Made by a program: the position numbers and the translations under genes. This document shows, piece after piece, positions 25,047 through 37,600 of a stretch of 64,000 nt of DNA. The stretch comes from Laetmonice hystrix (lineage: Eukaryota), in NCBI GenBank assembly GCA_965235115.1, contig OZ249442.1:11284001-11348000 (forward strand). The letters are read 5' to 3'. Position 1 is the first letter of the stretch. Every line of letters starts with the position of its first letter. Under the pieces are notes generated by a model, which was not told the DNA's origin, ran no database searches, and was given only the letters and a program-made list of their open reading frames with translations.

Positions 25047-26130
25047 CCACCTTCTCCAGTGAGATCGGTGATTCAGGCTTGGTGAGGTCTTAGACAAGCT
25101 ATACACACTATACAGGGGATTGAGTTTGTCTAACAGCAAAATACTCCCATTCCCGCCATTGTACCACCTTCTGCAGTGAGATCGATGGTTCAATCTTGAG
25201 GGGATCCCAATATGATTTGATTCGACAAACAATGTATAATTAAACACACACATTCCCGGTAATTGGGCCACCTTCTGCAGTGAGATCGGTGGTTCCAACT
25301 TGAGGGAATCCTAACACAGTATACCTCGGCAAACAATGTATATACAAGTACACCCATTCCCCGTCAGTGTACCACCTTCTGCAGTGAGATCGATGGTTCA
25401 ATCTTGAGGGGATCCCAATATGATTTGATTCAACAAACAATGTATAATTAAACACACACATTCCCGGTAATTGGGCCACCTTCTGCAGTGAGATCGGTGG
25501 TTCCAACTTGAGGGAATCCTAACACAGTATACCTCGGCAAACAATGTATATACAAGTACACCCATTCCCCGTCAGTGTACCACCTTCTGCAGTGAGATCG
25601 ATGGTTCAATCTTGAGGGGATCCCAATATGATTTGATTCAACAAACAATGTATAATTAAACACACACATTCCCGGTAATTGGGCCACCTTCTGCAGTGAG
25701 ATCGGTGGTTCCAACTTGAGGGAATCCTAACACAGTATACCTCGGCAAACAATGTATATACAAGTACACCCATTCCCCGTCAGTGTACCACCTTCTGCAG
25801 TGAGATCGATGGTTCAATCTTGAGGGGATCCCAATATGATTTGATTCAACAAACAATGTATAATTAAACACACACATTCCCGGTAATTGGGCCACCTTCT
25901 GCAGTGAGATCGGTGGTTCCAACTTGAGGGAATCCTAACACAGTATACCTCGGCAAACAATGTATATACAAGTACACCCATTCCCCGTCAGTGTACCACC
26001 TTCTGCAGTGAGATCGATGGTTCAATCTTGGGGGGATCCCAATATGATTTGATTCAACAAACAATGTATAATTAAACACACCCATTCCCCGTCAGTGTAC
26101 CACCTTCTACAGTGAGATCGATGGTTTTGA
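25047..26130. repeat. 104-bp-period array (208-bp A/B dimer) with 11 conserved ~28-nt cores, inside the LINE between ORF1 and ORF2
   Basis: Core CCACCTTCTGCAGTGAGATCG(A/G)TGGTTC starts at 25047, 25164, 25268, 25372, 25476, 25580, 25684, 25788, 25892, 25996 and 26100. Confidence 0.95.
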
Positions 26131-26212
26131 CATGAGGGAATCTTGACATGAAGTATCAGAGTGAACATCACCTAATACATGCGTAAGTCTACGTGGCATC
26201 GGAATGACTAGG

Positions 26213-26674
26213 CTAATTTACCAGATTAGACAGGAAGGACTTCATGAAGAGATGGGCCCATAAACCTAGCGTTTGTTCAGAGGGATGGAGCCCATCAGCG
26301 AGACGGTTGTACTTATGGCAGAGCCTATGATGTATTATAGCATGGACCGTGGTTTGCAACCAGGGACTTCGAACATTGCTATCACGGTTCATAAGGTTAA
26401 TGGCATGGTTAACGTGAGGCAAGGACTGGTCGATAATATGTTGCCCAAAGGTTTGGGAGTTGCTTTGTTTGTTATATACATCTAGGTTGATACCCACAAG
26501 CTGGCAAATCACAACATTCTTAGCAAAGGGAGATAAATCAGATCGGGCATTTTCGAAGTAATCAGTCATCGTGTCTACAAGATTGGAAATGTCATCAAAC
26601 GCGGCCGTTACTATGCCTGAGCGATGTTTCACAGATAGGTGGTTTACACCTCCAAACAGGTAAATATAGTCAAG
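26213..26674 (-). pseudogene. LINE ORF1 C-terminal part, SGNH/GDSL esterase-like
   Basis: The open frame extends upstream of the listed ORF: LDYIYLFGGVNHLSVK...ADGLHPS...LWA. GxN and DxxH blocks match the esterase ORF1 known from CR1-like LINEs. An in-frame TGA lies immediately upstream. Confidence 0.7.
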
Positions 26675-27589
26675 TCAATATGTATACAGATGGCCACAGA
26701 CTTCAACGTGTTCAAGGTCTGTGGCATGTGAGTATGGCCATGCATGATCAGTGACAACAGCACCAGCCTTTACCTCAGCCTCAGCTCAGGTCAGGCACCC
26801 TGTGGTCTGTCACTTCCTTGACTTGAGTTGGTCTGAGTCGACACCCGGGCCAGGATAGGACAGGGATGTTTTTGGCAATTTGGGAGGTGTATGGACCAGG
26901 GTTAGGGATAAGGTGAGGACTATGGATCTTTACTTCCAACCACATTTCATGGGGTGTAAGTTAACACGAGCGAATGTACCAGAGGCACAAGTCAGAACCA
27001 CCTGTGACCATACATGCACGGTCTATTCTTTACTCCCTTTTAGTTTTAGTTACAATACAACTTACAAGCCTACGTTATACTTCACTCGTTACTTGCGATT
27101 TTTTTGTGTCGTGTGGTACCGTCCCCAGGCTGGGGCAGTTACTCAATATGCATAGATTTCAATATCATGTTCATACCCAGTCTCATAGTCAACATGGTCA
27201 ATAGACCAATGCTCCAATGGGGAATTAAAAAAAACCAGGTCACTGTTTAAACTTGTTTCTCACCCTCTCGCCCTCCACAGCTCCCTGGCTCCGTGGTTCT
27301 CCAGCCGAGCACTATTTTGTCAACACACTCGTGCTTTCCGGCATGTCGCGAAGCACGCACCTGTTGTAGATCTGTGTCGTAAAGGCTGTCAGTGCTCGAG
27401 TTCTGTCAATCGATACCTCTCCTGAGCTGAGTCCTTATACGTACAATGATACCAAAGGATGCGGGCCAAAAACAACAAAGGAGGTTGGCGTTGGTAAGGC
27501 AAGTCAAGTAGAACTGCCGCTGCCTTCGGACTGTCAAGCAAGTGTAGTTCCCGACCCGCGGGGTCACGGCCTAATTATCACACCTGGGC

Positions 27590-28080
27590 GACCCGTGACG
27601 TCATAACACTACTTCCTGTTCTGATCGTGTTGACGCGTTCGCTCTCGTGTTGTGTTGTAGTACTGGAAAGTGTCGGATACCTATCGCTCGTGCCACTCCA
27701 AAAAGACGCGGAAAGACTGTAAAATCGGTATGTACTTTACAAGTTCCTTGTGTTGTATGATCTCAGGATGATGACTAGCCCCGAGGTTTTAGTCTGTATT
27801 TACCGTTCCCTACACTACAGTCTATACACCTGCTACGGTGACAGCTTGATCGGCACCGACCGCTCGCTCGGCCCGGGGAGCGTGGCAGCAGACCACGGCC
27901 TGTTGACGGGGGACGGCCGGGCGAGAGCGCGTCGGGCCCGGAGCGACGGGAGGGCGGCTGGTAGGCCGGCGTGGAGGGGCCGGGGGACGGCACGCGTCAA
28001 GCCCCGGGCTACGGTTGGGGGAGGCTGTGTCGACATGTTACGCCGTGTCGAATGTAACATGCATGTTCACGTGTCCTGTT
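27590..28080 (+). promoter_or_regulatory. CpG-rich promoter candidate with possible non-coding first exon
   Basis: TGACGTCA (27596-27603), ACTTCCTG ETS-like site (27611-27618), donor TCG|GTATGT at 27728, then a very GC/CpG-rich stretch at ~27870-28030. Confidence 0.45.
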
Positions 28081-29473
28081 TGCGCTTGCCGTCCTGTCTC
28101 CTGAGTGCTTTGTACTTTGTAGTCTATGAGCTTGGAGATTAGACGGTACCGTACCGTTCTTTTGACATGAGATCGAATCTTCATGTGCGGATCTGCATGC
28201 AATCACTCATCCCCCCGTACCTATGTATCAGTGTCGGTGAGTGTGTAGAGTCTACACATGTATGCACACCCTCCTTGCAAGTTGCATGGGTACATGACTT
28301 GTGCCGAGGGCTCTGAAAATCATGATTCAGGTGGAGATCCGATTGTGTTGGGAGGTGAATCAGTACCGGTAGGCCTAATGCTTAGAAGATCCAAAAACAC
28401 ACCTTTTATTAGACGTTCAAAAGTTCTTTATGATAAACCATCATGTATGTTAGGAGGTGATACTGATAGTCTCTAAGTCTAACTCTCTTTTTAAAATTCA
28501 GTGATCGAGACTGAATGAATGAATGAGAGCCAATAAAACACGTTGAAGTTTTGAGATCTAGGCCTAGGCCTACCGGTAGGCCTAATGTGGCATATGATAC
28601 ATGCATCATATCTTGTGTATTCAGTAGTGTAGGAAGGAAAAAAATATTGGGGGGGGGGGGGCAGAAGTGACGTCATGATGACTTACGCCTATGCTTTTGC
28701 ATTGAGCCATGTGGTCATTTTATAATATATTGGGGGGGGGGGGGCAGCAGCCCCCTCTGCCCTCAACTTCCTACGCCCCTGGTATTTAATTATTGTGCCT
28801 ATTCGTATATCATGACCAGTCAAATGTTAAAGGGGAATTAATTTGGTCAGAAATGATGTTGACACAAAAACCTGTTTTATATAAGTTGAAGAGCATTGCC
28901 GGTTGCAGCGCCGCCTAGTGTCTTATCTGCCAACTATATCCGTGGGCTGCTCTCGACATGAGCTGATAAAGCGACTTGACTTGAAGTCTAGATTTTTACA
29001 GGACACAAACCTTGGTTTTTTCTGCCCCGGTCTGTTCATGTTGAAGAATAAGACCACCAGCTTTCCATAGCATGTGCAGAGAGTTTTATAAAACCTACCA
29101 GCATTGACGTCATCAGTTACTGGTAGTCAGGAAGAAGGACCATCATGTCGGGATGAGTAATGATTACACACATTGAATGACACTTGGAAAATGATAGGAA
29201 GATCAAGTCAAGGAATACACTAATCAAAACAATGACAACGGAAATGGTCAGTGGGATGGCGTTTTGCCACAATATTTTTCAGGTTTCAGCCTATTTAATA
29301 GCAGGCCTTCATTAAGGAAAAAATATGAAGAGTTTCAGGGTCAAAATATTTTTCTCAGAGATATTCCTACCAATTTGTTTCAAAAGTACAGGATTTCAAA
29401 TATATTGCGGTGTGGAGTAAAGGTTACAAGGGCAGATTGATGGTAGCAGGAGGTGTACCATGGCTGGTAAGAT

Positions 29474-29598
29474 CTGGACCCAGTTTGTGAAAACTATCTT
29501 GCCACTATCTAAGCTTACCACTTCTGCTTAGACCAGCCAATCACAAACGTTAAGCTTACGCAAAAGCAAGATTTTAAGTTTTTACGCACTGGGTCCAG
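29474..29598. mobile_element. MITE-like hairpin element
   Basis: Perfect 11-bp inverted ends CTGGACCCAGT / ACTGGGTCCAG extending imperfectly (gtgaaaact vs cgtaaaaact); internal GCCAATCAC. Confidence 0.7.
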
Positions 29599-32500
29599 GA
29601 CCAATAGGTCCCGTAACGCGCTGGTTTCTGTCAGACTGACACATTGCCACTACATCCTGTCATCCAGACTACATCATGACACATATGGCATGCTGCTTCT
29701 TGACTTCTGCAACGTTTACAATTCAGTATGACTGACTTAAGTCTAAAATAGCCGCCCGCGAGATTCCATTAAGTAGAAATAACATTTTGGCACGTCTTAC
29801 ATACAGAATCCATTATGTATGAATCTATAGTGCCTTTATTTACTGACTGATGCCGTGAAGGTCATGAGAATTTAACTCAGCACTATTCTCGTGCTGTCAG
29901 CTGACATGTCGGAGATCTGCTGTTGTGGACATGTGGTTGGTCATCATGAAATGTTGATGTTACGTGATACCCAATGTCGGTTATTTATTCTGACAGACAT
30001 CATATTGTGTCAGTCGTGCACATGCAGATCGTGGCAGCTGTTTGGCCCATTAGAAAAACCTGAGTTCAGGGGACAAGTTAATTAGGTTGCTGCTGTAAAA
30101 ACTAATGTAAAACTAAGACGGTTAAGTCCTGGATGATTTCGCCAAGTAATCGATGATGCATGGAATCTTTTTTTTTCTAAGATATGAAACACACTTTCTA
30201 GGAAACCTTATACAATACTGTGAAGAAAGACATGGATAGCTGTGACTCACACAGGACTGGCGATCACGAAAACACAATTAATCGTGAATCAACTGTTATA
30301 AAAAAAGACAAGTGTACCATATTCAGGTCAGTCCTCTTACCTGGCCAATATATCAGCATGCTGTCCCACTTCGTTCTCACAGTGAAAACACACGAGCCAG
30401 CCAGCTAGAACATTTTTTTATTAGCAGAGAAGGAAATTCCCCACTGACTTTCCCGACAGCATGGCACAGGTGTAGGTACATCACATAGCACTGGGACCTT
30501 TTCCTTCCAAGGGCACATGCATGAACTGCAGCGTAAAGTCCACGCACTGGGGACTTAGTCCAAATCCTCTCAGTCGACGGAGACCAGTTTAGATATTTGC
30601 ACACGAATTCAAAAGGCTAAGCACCCAGCAGCTAGAATTCTGCTCTCACCTGCATTTTTTATGTACTTTATAGTGATCAGTCATATATAAGAGACCTCAC
30701 TTGACTTGGCCTCAGTCTAGACGAGGATTTCATTATTTTTTCATACCCTCACAATGCCCCATGTATGGCTGACATTATGTGGTGAGATATCGTCTCAGGT
30801 AAACCTCTGGTTTCTACAACAGATGGGGCAGCTTTCTGGGGAGTGGCAGAGTAGTTATTTTTGTTACTGAGTATATCGGACTATGTATGTTAAGTGTAAA
30901 TTATATAGACTAGGACGATCCACTTCCAGTATGGTATTTCCTTGAGATAACGTATACATCAAACACTGGGTACAAATGGCTGGAAAACAAAGAAATCCCT
31001 TTCACAATTTGCTGACATACATAAATTAACGGATTATTCTAATATGATTGACAATAACGGATTGTGAAATCTACAAACATACTGTTTTTTTAATGTTCAG
31101 ATAGTTAGCAGGGTGCGACAAGAAAAAAATTCAACTTCCCGAAAGCGCATCATTATTTTCTCCTGAGTGAGCTTCAAGGCTCACTCCGACGTCTAGCTAC
31201 ACGGTCACTGAGCTGGCGTAGGCAGACTTACTCAATGAAGATATTAATTATATTGGCAGCTACTTAGATAAGAACCACCTTTTAAATACATAATGCCAAA
31301 GTGTGATTACATTATTGTTCTAGTATTCTAGAGAAAGAGGCTGTACGACCTTCAGACATTGGTTGTTATCAGTGATTCCGTTAAAACATAGATACTTCCA
31401 GTGTTATCGTCCCACGGCACAATAAAAATATTGATCATTGTAATATCAATCCCTGACTTTGTGACTTTCTCAAGTCGGATTAAGTTTTTAAATAACGCAA
31501 CTGAGTGTATCCGCAATGGTGGAGGAGAGTTATACGTGGGGGGGGGGGGGGGGCAGAAAATACCGGCGTCCTCGAGACGAATAGACGGGGCTTCCATTGT
31601 CACCAATTAGATCTACCCCAGCCATCGTGATTTAATAAAATTGCCAGAATCATTGTGATTACAGCAAGCCCACTTGTCTTCTATAGGCTCTGGCAGCCTC
31701 GCTGGTCGGTCGGCACTGTCAGACTCGCAGCCCTTCTCATCTAACAATGATATGTTAGTTCTGTCAGCATACATCCGCGGGTCCAAGGATATAATTATTG
31801 CTAGTGTGTCCCCCGATTTAGAAAGCCCGGAAAATTACCCTTTTTGAGTCCAACGGAAATCCGACATCTTAACAGTCAGAATCCTTTAATATTTTAGATG
31901 TGAGCCTCCCAATAGAAGAAATTTGATAATGGTGGCGGATCTTAAGTAGTATAACTCTGGCGACAAGGATTCAGGCTTGTTTGAAACCAAGAATATTCAC
32001 TATTGTCATCTTGAGAATTTAGAATTGGATTCCATGAAAAAGTGTAGTTAATCTACTTCCCACCCACGCAGAAAATGAGTGGGCTGAAATGTTGAAGGTG
32101 CCATGCCAGGAAATTGTTTTCAGTTGTGCTGTGTTTTCAGAACGGGATTCTTTTTAACGATAATGGACGTTAAGTTACGACGCGGAGTATCAGAAAGTGT
32201 TCTCTGAAACGCGCTACAGCCTTGTTTGGTGTGCTGCTGTAAGCTGCATTGCTTCAGGCTGCATCAAGAGATTAAGGCGTTGTTTGGTGACTCAACAAGC
32301 AACTGATGGCAAGAGGGAGATGGCAAGACTAGATGGATTTTAAAATGTTACTCCTAGATGTGGTTCACCTTTACAATGGTACATAGTAAATGTATGCACA
32401 ACTTATTTTGTATATATGCCGATGTATTAATGTTGTTCATATCATGGGACAAACAGAGCTCTGACCAGTTCTCCATTACGTGTACATGATGTATATTGCC

Positions 32501-33340
32501 GGTGGGAAACGTGACGATTCATCAATTGCAGGTCGTAATTAATGCTTACACACAGAAACAAGTGAAAACATACATTTTTTTGCGCATGTTATTAACAGTC
32601 ATAATTTGTAGCCTTGTGCCTGCATGTTGCCAGGTAGAGTACTAGGATATTTAATTATTCTCCCCACTCAGCCGGGAGATTTTGTGATTCCCGTATCAGC
32701 TCTGCCTAATACCTACATGAGAGTCCCTCACTGATGTGGGCATCTCTCGTTGAAAACCACTAACTGCTTGGATCATTTAAGTGCTGTCAACGATCCATTA
32801 AAGTTGTGTCTCAAACCATTAGATGATGGGTAGCTGGGAATGGGGCTGCAGGCCAGTCGGGCTGCAGGCCGGGCTGCAGGCCAGCCACCAAAGAAAGTGC
32901 TTGTAAAAGCTGTACCTGCATAGCGCATAGAAGATGGCTCATTAGACAGCTGATTCTGTTTTGTCAATTCCCACTTAGCGGATGTAGATGCTGAAATCCT
33001 GCACTCTAAAACATTTTCGGATCCTGGAAATCACAGTGAGCCAAATGATTAAGAAGCGTCTCTATTACATGTTCTGCTTGGACACCTCTCAAACTGAAAA
33101 ACCTGTACTTTATTCAGGATCCAAGTTTCGCTGTTTTATACCTGTGCGGGGACTTCATCATGTCCTTGCCGTGACTCTGTGGCTTGCGGTGTTCATCAGA
33201 CATCAGTAAAAGTGGTATGTATACGTGAACGGACGTTGGCTTGAGGACACTTCACACAATGAAAGACAAGTGAAGGGGAACACAGGAGTTTCTTCCCGTC
33301 TCCAGCATATCAGGTTCATTTTTCTTGGCAATCAATGTAT

Positions 33341-34831
33341 AGTACTGGTATCACGTCATCCGTCTCACTCACAATGTCCTACAGTACTGGTATATAGCAC
33401 GTCATCCGTCTCACTCACAATGTCCTCAAGTACTGGTATATAGCACGTCATCCGTCTCACTCACAATGTCCTCCACTCCAGTACTGGTATATAGCACGTC
33501 ATCCGTCTCACTCACAATGTCCTCAAGTACTGGTATATAGCACGTCATCCGTCTCACTCACAATGTCCTCCACTCCAGTACTGGTATATAGCACGTCATC
33601 CGTCTCACTCACAATGTCCTACAGTACTGGTATATAGCACGTCATCCGTCTCACTCACAATGTCCTACAGTACTGGTATATAGCACGTCATCCGTCTCAC
33701 TCACAATGTCCTATAGTACTGGTACATATAGCACGTCATCCGTCTCACTCACAATGTCCTACAGTACTGGTACATATAGCACGTCATCCGTCTCACTCAC
33801 AATGTCCTACAGTACTGGTATATAGCACGTCATCCGTCTCACTCACAATGTCCTACAGTACTGGTATATAGCACGTCATCCGTCTCACTCACAATGTCCT
33901 ACAGTACTGGTATATAGCACGTCATCCGTCTCACTCACAATGTCCTACAGTACTAGTATATAGCACGTCATCCGTCTCACTCACAATGTCCTACAGTACT
34001 GGTATATAGCACGTCATCCGTCTCACTCACAATGTCCTACAGTACTGGTATATAGCACGTCATCCGTCTCACTCACAATGTCCTACAGTACTGGTATATA
34101 GCACGTCATCCGTCTCACTCACAATGTCCTACAGTACTGGTATATAGCACGTCATCCGTCTCACTCACAATGTCCTACAGTACTGGTACATATAGCACGT
34201 CATCCGTCTCACTCACAATGTCCTACAGTACTGGTATATAGCACGTCATCCGTCTCACTCACAATGTCCTATAGTACTGGTATATAGCACGTCATCCGTC
34301 TCACTCACAATGTCCTACAGTACTGGTATATAGCACGTCATCCGTCTCACTCACAATGTCCTACAGTACTGGTACATATAGCACGTCATCCGTCTCACTC
34401 ACAATGTCCTACAGTACTGGTACATATAGCACGTCATCCGTCTCACTCACAATGTCCTACAGTACTGGTACATATAGCACGTCATCCGTCTCACTCACAA
34501 TGTCCTACAGTACTGGTATATAGCACGTCATCCGTCTCACTCACAATGTCCTCCAGTACTGGTATATAGCACGTCATCCGTCTCACTCACAATGTCCTCC
34601 AGTACTGGTATATAGCACGTCATCCGTCTCACTCACAATGTCCTACAGTACTGGTATATAGCACGTCATCCGTCTCACTCACAATGTCCTACAGTACTGG
34701 TATATAGCACGTCATCCGTCTCACTCACAATGTCCTACAGTACTGGTATATAGCACGTCATCCGTCTCACTCATAATGTCCTACAGTACTGGTATATAGC
34801 ACGTCATCCGTCTCACTCATAATGTCCTATA
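33341..34831. repeat. 46-bp minisatellite, ~32 copies
   Basis: Unit GTACTGGTATATAGCACGTCATCCGTCTCACTCACAATGTCCTACA; period 46 (33601/33647); 48-bp and longer variants. Confidence 0.98.
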
Positions 34832-36118
34832 CCAGGCCGTCACAGAGATGCCATGCTGAGAGCAGCAGCCACTGCCAGCCGGCGGGGATGACGGAGATAC
34901 TTGTAGCCAGGCGTCGTTATGATGAAGATATATGTGATCAAATGTTTCCAGTCAAAGGCACCGTGGTGATTATAACAAAAGGGGAATAGGAAGCTTAGTG
35001 GGCGCGGGGGGGGGGGGGGCAGGGTGGCCAGGCAGCAGCAGTCTGCAGGCAGTCAGGCACCAATTTGACAGGAGTGCTTTCACAAAGCTTGAGACAGCTA
35101 AAGTGGAGGATTTTGGGTTGGCTATACTGTTATAGGCGGCTACGTATAGGGTAGCAAAGATGTCGCATCCTTTTCCGTGGAGAAGTGATGTTTAATTGTC
35201 GTAATTGACGCATAATCTCTCCGGTTTATACGTTAGATATTTTTGTCCCACCTGGATACATAAAGAGCGGTGTCATTACATGCACGCGTAATGTGCCCTC
35301 GCGTGCATCACTTGCCGAACGGTGCCATATTGAAGCAGGGAGCATTTGTGGGTCAAATATTACATGGCTGAAATGACGTACTGATAGTATGATTTAGCTG
35401 ATGGGGTGGGGTGGGGGGGGGGGGGGGGGGGGGGGGGTAACCCGTCCAGGCGTCCACCGTCTAAAGGTACAACTACAAGTTCTGTGTACGATTATTACAA
35501 GGGATATCTGCTGGGATGCACCTACCACCGTCTTATACATGTAGTTGGTTATCTGCAAAGTTTGAAAAAAATGCAATTTATCTCAGATAATTTGTTGTTG
35601 GTGCAGACATTAATGTGTTGAGCCTAGTCAGGCAAAGCTCGGGCTATTTGTAAAGGAAATATTAATTCATTTTTTTATACGGGAAAGCAGGCGGCTGTCT
35701 TGGTGTGTGTTTCCACCTGCCAGTGTATTTATTGTGAGAATGGTTCTCACAGCCGGGAGGGAGAGATTGCAGATACTGTACACCTCGCCAGGAGGTCTAC
35801 GACCCGGAGGGGCGCCGGTTGTACCAATTCCTGTCTCGTAAGTTTGAGTGTGAATGCAGCGAGCCTGAGTTGTCAGGACTAGGAGACGAGTCTGCCAATC
35901 TCCCGGTTTGTGCCACGAGGGTCGCCAGTAGCTCCACCTCCCTTGTATGTGTTTGGTATAGTAACGCCGACTTTCAAAGATTCAACTTCTATTGACACAA
36001 ATTTCAACCGGCTTTTGCGTTAAATTTCGCCGAATTCTTGAGTTTAAGTCCACAGACTCGTGTAGTTCCGAATTCTAAATTTTATCATGTGTTCAATCAG
36101 CAGAGGAGTGAAGAACGA

Positions 36119-36604
36119 GGACAGATCCCACATTAAGGCCCTGTTCCAGTGTCCAGATCCCACATAAAGGCCCTGTTCCAATGTCCAGATCCCACATAAA
36201 GGCCCTGTTCCAGTGTCCAGATCCCACATAAAGGCCCTGTTCCAGTGGACAGATCCCACATAAAGGCCCTGTTCCAGTGGACAGATCCCACATAAATGCC
36301 CTGTTCCAGTGGACAGATCCCACATAAAGGCCCTGTTCCAGTGGACAGATCCCACATAAAGGCCCTGTTCCAGTGGACAGATCCCACATAAAGGCCCTGC
36401 TCCAGTGGACAGATCCCACATAAAGGCCCTGCTCCAGTGGACAGATCCCACATAAATGCCCTGTTCCAGTGGACAGATCCCACATAAAGGCCCTCTTCGA
36501 GTGGACAGATCCCACATAAAGGCCCTGTTCCAGTGAACAGATCCCACATAAAGGCCCTGTTCCAGTGGACAGATCCCACATAAAGGCCCTGTTCCAGTGG
36601 ACAG
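36119..36604. repeat. 32-bp minisatellite, ~15 copies
   Basis: Unit GGCCCTGTTCCAGTGGACAGATCCCACATAAA; period 32 (36241/36273). Confidence 0.97.
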
Positions 36605-36775
36605 TATGGCAGTACATCTCGGGACCTTTCAGACTGCTCAGGTCATGCAGACACGCTCCAATTTGATGGTTATTGCAGACATAGACACAAAAAAGACCAG
36701 TAGCGGTCTAAACCTCTGGCTTGGATTAGCCGTCATTCACATCTCCGTTCGGCTGTCCCACGCCCTCTATATATA

Positions 36776-36835
36776 GGAAAGTCAGTTACTTGCTGCAAGG
36801 TTGGTGGTTTCAACTGATGCTCCAGTTTCCTCACA
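36776..36835 (+). mobile_element. Degenerate V-SINE/RUDI-like fragment
   Basis: gtcagttacttgc...ggtggtttc...ctccagtttcctc resembles the copy at 38222-38390. Confidence 0.4.
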
Positions 36836-37029
36836 GGTCGGGCGGATACGTCGGGCGGATGCTTCGATATGACACTAGATTGCGTTGGGACACTAGCGGT
36901 TGCTAAGGTGTAGCATCCAGGACAAGATTGTGTTGGAACCCGTAGGCAAGGCCGTGAGATATAATGTGTAAAAAGCTATAGTACTTTTTCTCCTTCTGAA
37001 TGAGGGTTTGTTTGTGAAGTCAGGGAAAA

Positions 37030-37600
37030 GGAAAGTGGCCTCATGCTGTGAGTGGAGCGTGGTAGGAATGTGGATGGGGGTGGTAGGAAAGTGACCTCAT
37101 GCCCTGGGTGGAGGGTTTTACCAGTAGGAAAGTGACCTCATACCCCGGGTTGAGGGTTTTAGCAGTAGAAAAGTGGCCTCATGCTGTGGCTGGGTGGTGG
37201 TAGGAAAGTGACCTCATACCCTGGGTTGAGGGTTTTACCAGTAGGAAAGTGGCCTCATACCCTGGGTTGACGGTTTTACCAGTAGGAAAGTGGCCTCATG
37301 CTGTGGATAGGTGGTGGTAGGAAAGTGACCTCATACCCTGGGTTGAGGGTTTTACCAGTAGGAAAGTGACCTCATACCCTGGGTTGAGGGTTTTACCAGT
37401 AGGAAAGTGGCCTCATACCCTGGGTTGACGGTTTTACCAGTAGGAAAGTGGCCTCATGCTGTGGATAGGTGGTGGTAGGAAAGTGACCTCATACCCTGGT
37501 TTACCAGTAGGAAAGTGGTCTCATGCTGTGGCTGGGTGGTGGTAGGGAAGTGGCCTCATACACAGGGTTGAGGGTTTTACCAGTAGGAAAGTGGCCTCAT
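37030..37600. repeat. Composite minisatellite: constant head GTAGGAAAGTG(A/G)CCTCAT with two alternative tails (41-bp and 35-bp units)
   Basis: From 37083 the unit order is A A B A A B A A A B A(short) B A; tails recur nearly identically. Confidence 0.92.

Larger units (their letters stand above)
21359..26674 (-). mobile_element. CR1/L2-group non-LTR retrotransposon (LINE), near full length; 5' end not resolved
   Basis: Order on the minus strand: ORF1 remnant, inter-ORF array, intact ORF2, ~400-nt 3' UTR, AATAAA (21389-21394), GCAATC, A24 tail (21359-21382). No TSD found. Confidence 0.9.

Noticed and set aside
25047-26130. CRISPR array interpretation of the core-and-spacer repeat
   Set aside because: Spacers alternate between two related sequences instead of being unique, there are no cas genes, and the context is a eukaryotic LINE.
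25047-26130. Hammerhead ribozyme monomers in the LINE array
   Set aside because: I found no CUGANGA plus GAAA core on either strand by eye; the closest is CTGACGG. A covariance-model search would be needed to exclude other ribozymes.
21340-27300. Target-site duplication defining the LINE 5' end
   Set aside because: The sequence next to the poly(A) tail (GGTTCCACAATA) was not found repeated upstream of ORF1 by eye.
37030-37600. CRISPR-like repeat-spacer array
   Set aside because: Only two recurring tail types, 17-23 nt long and G-rich; consistent with a composite VNTR.
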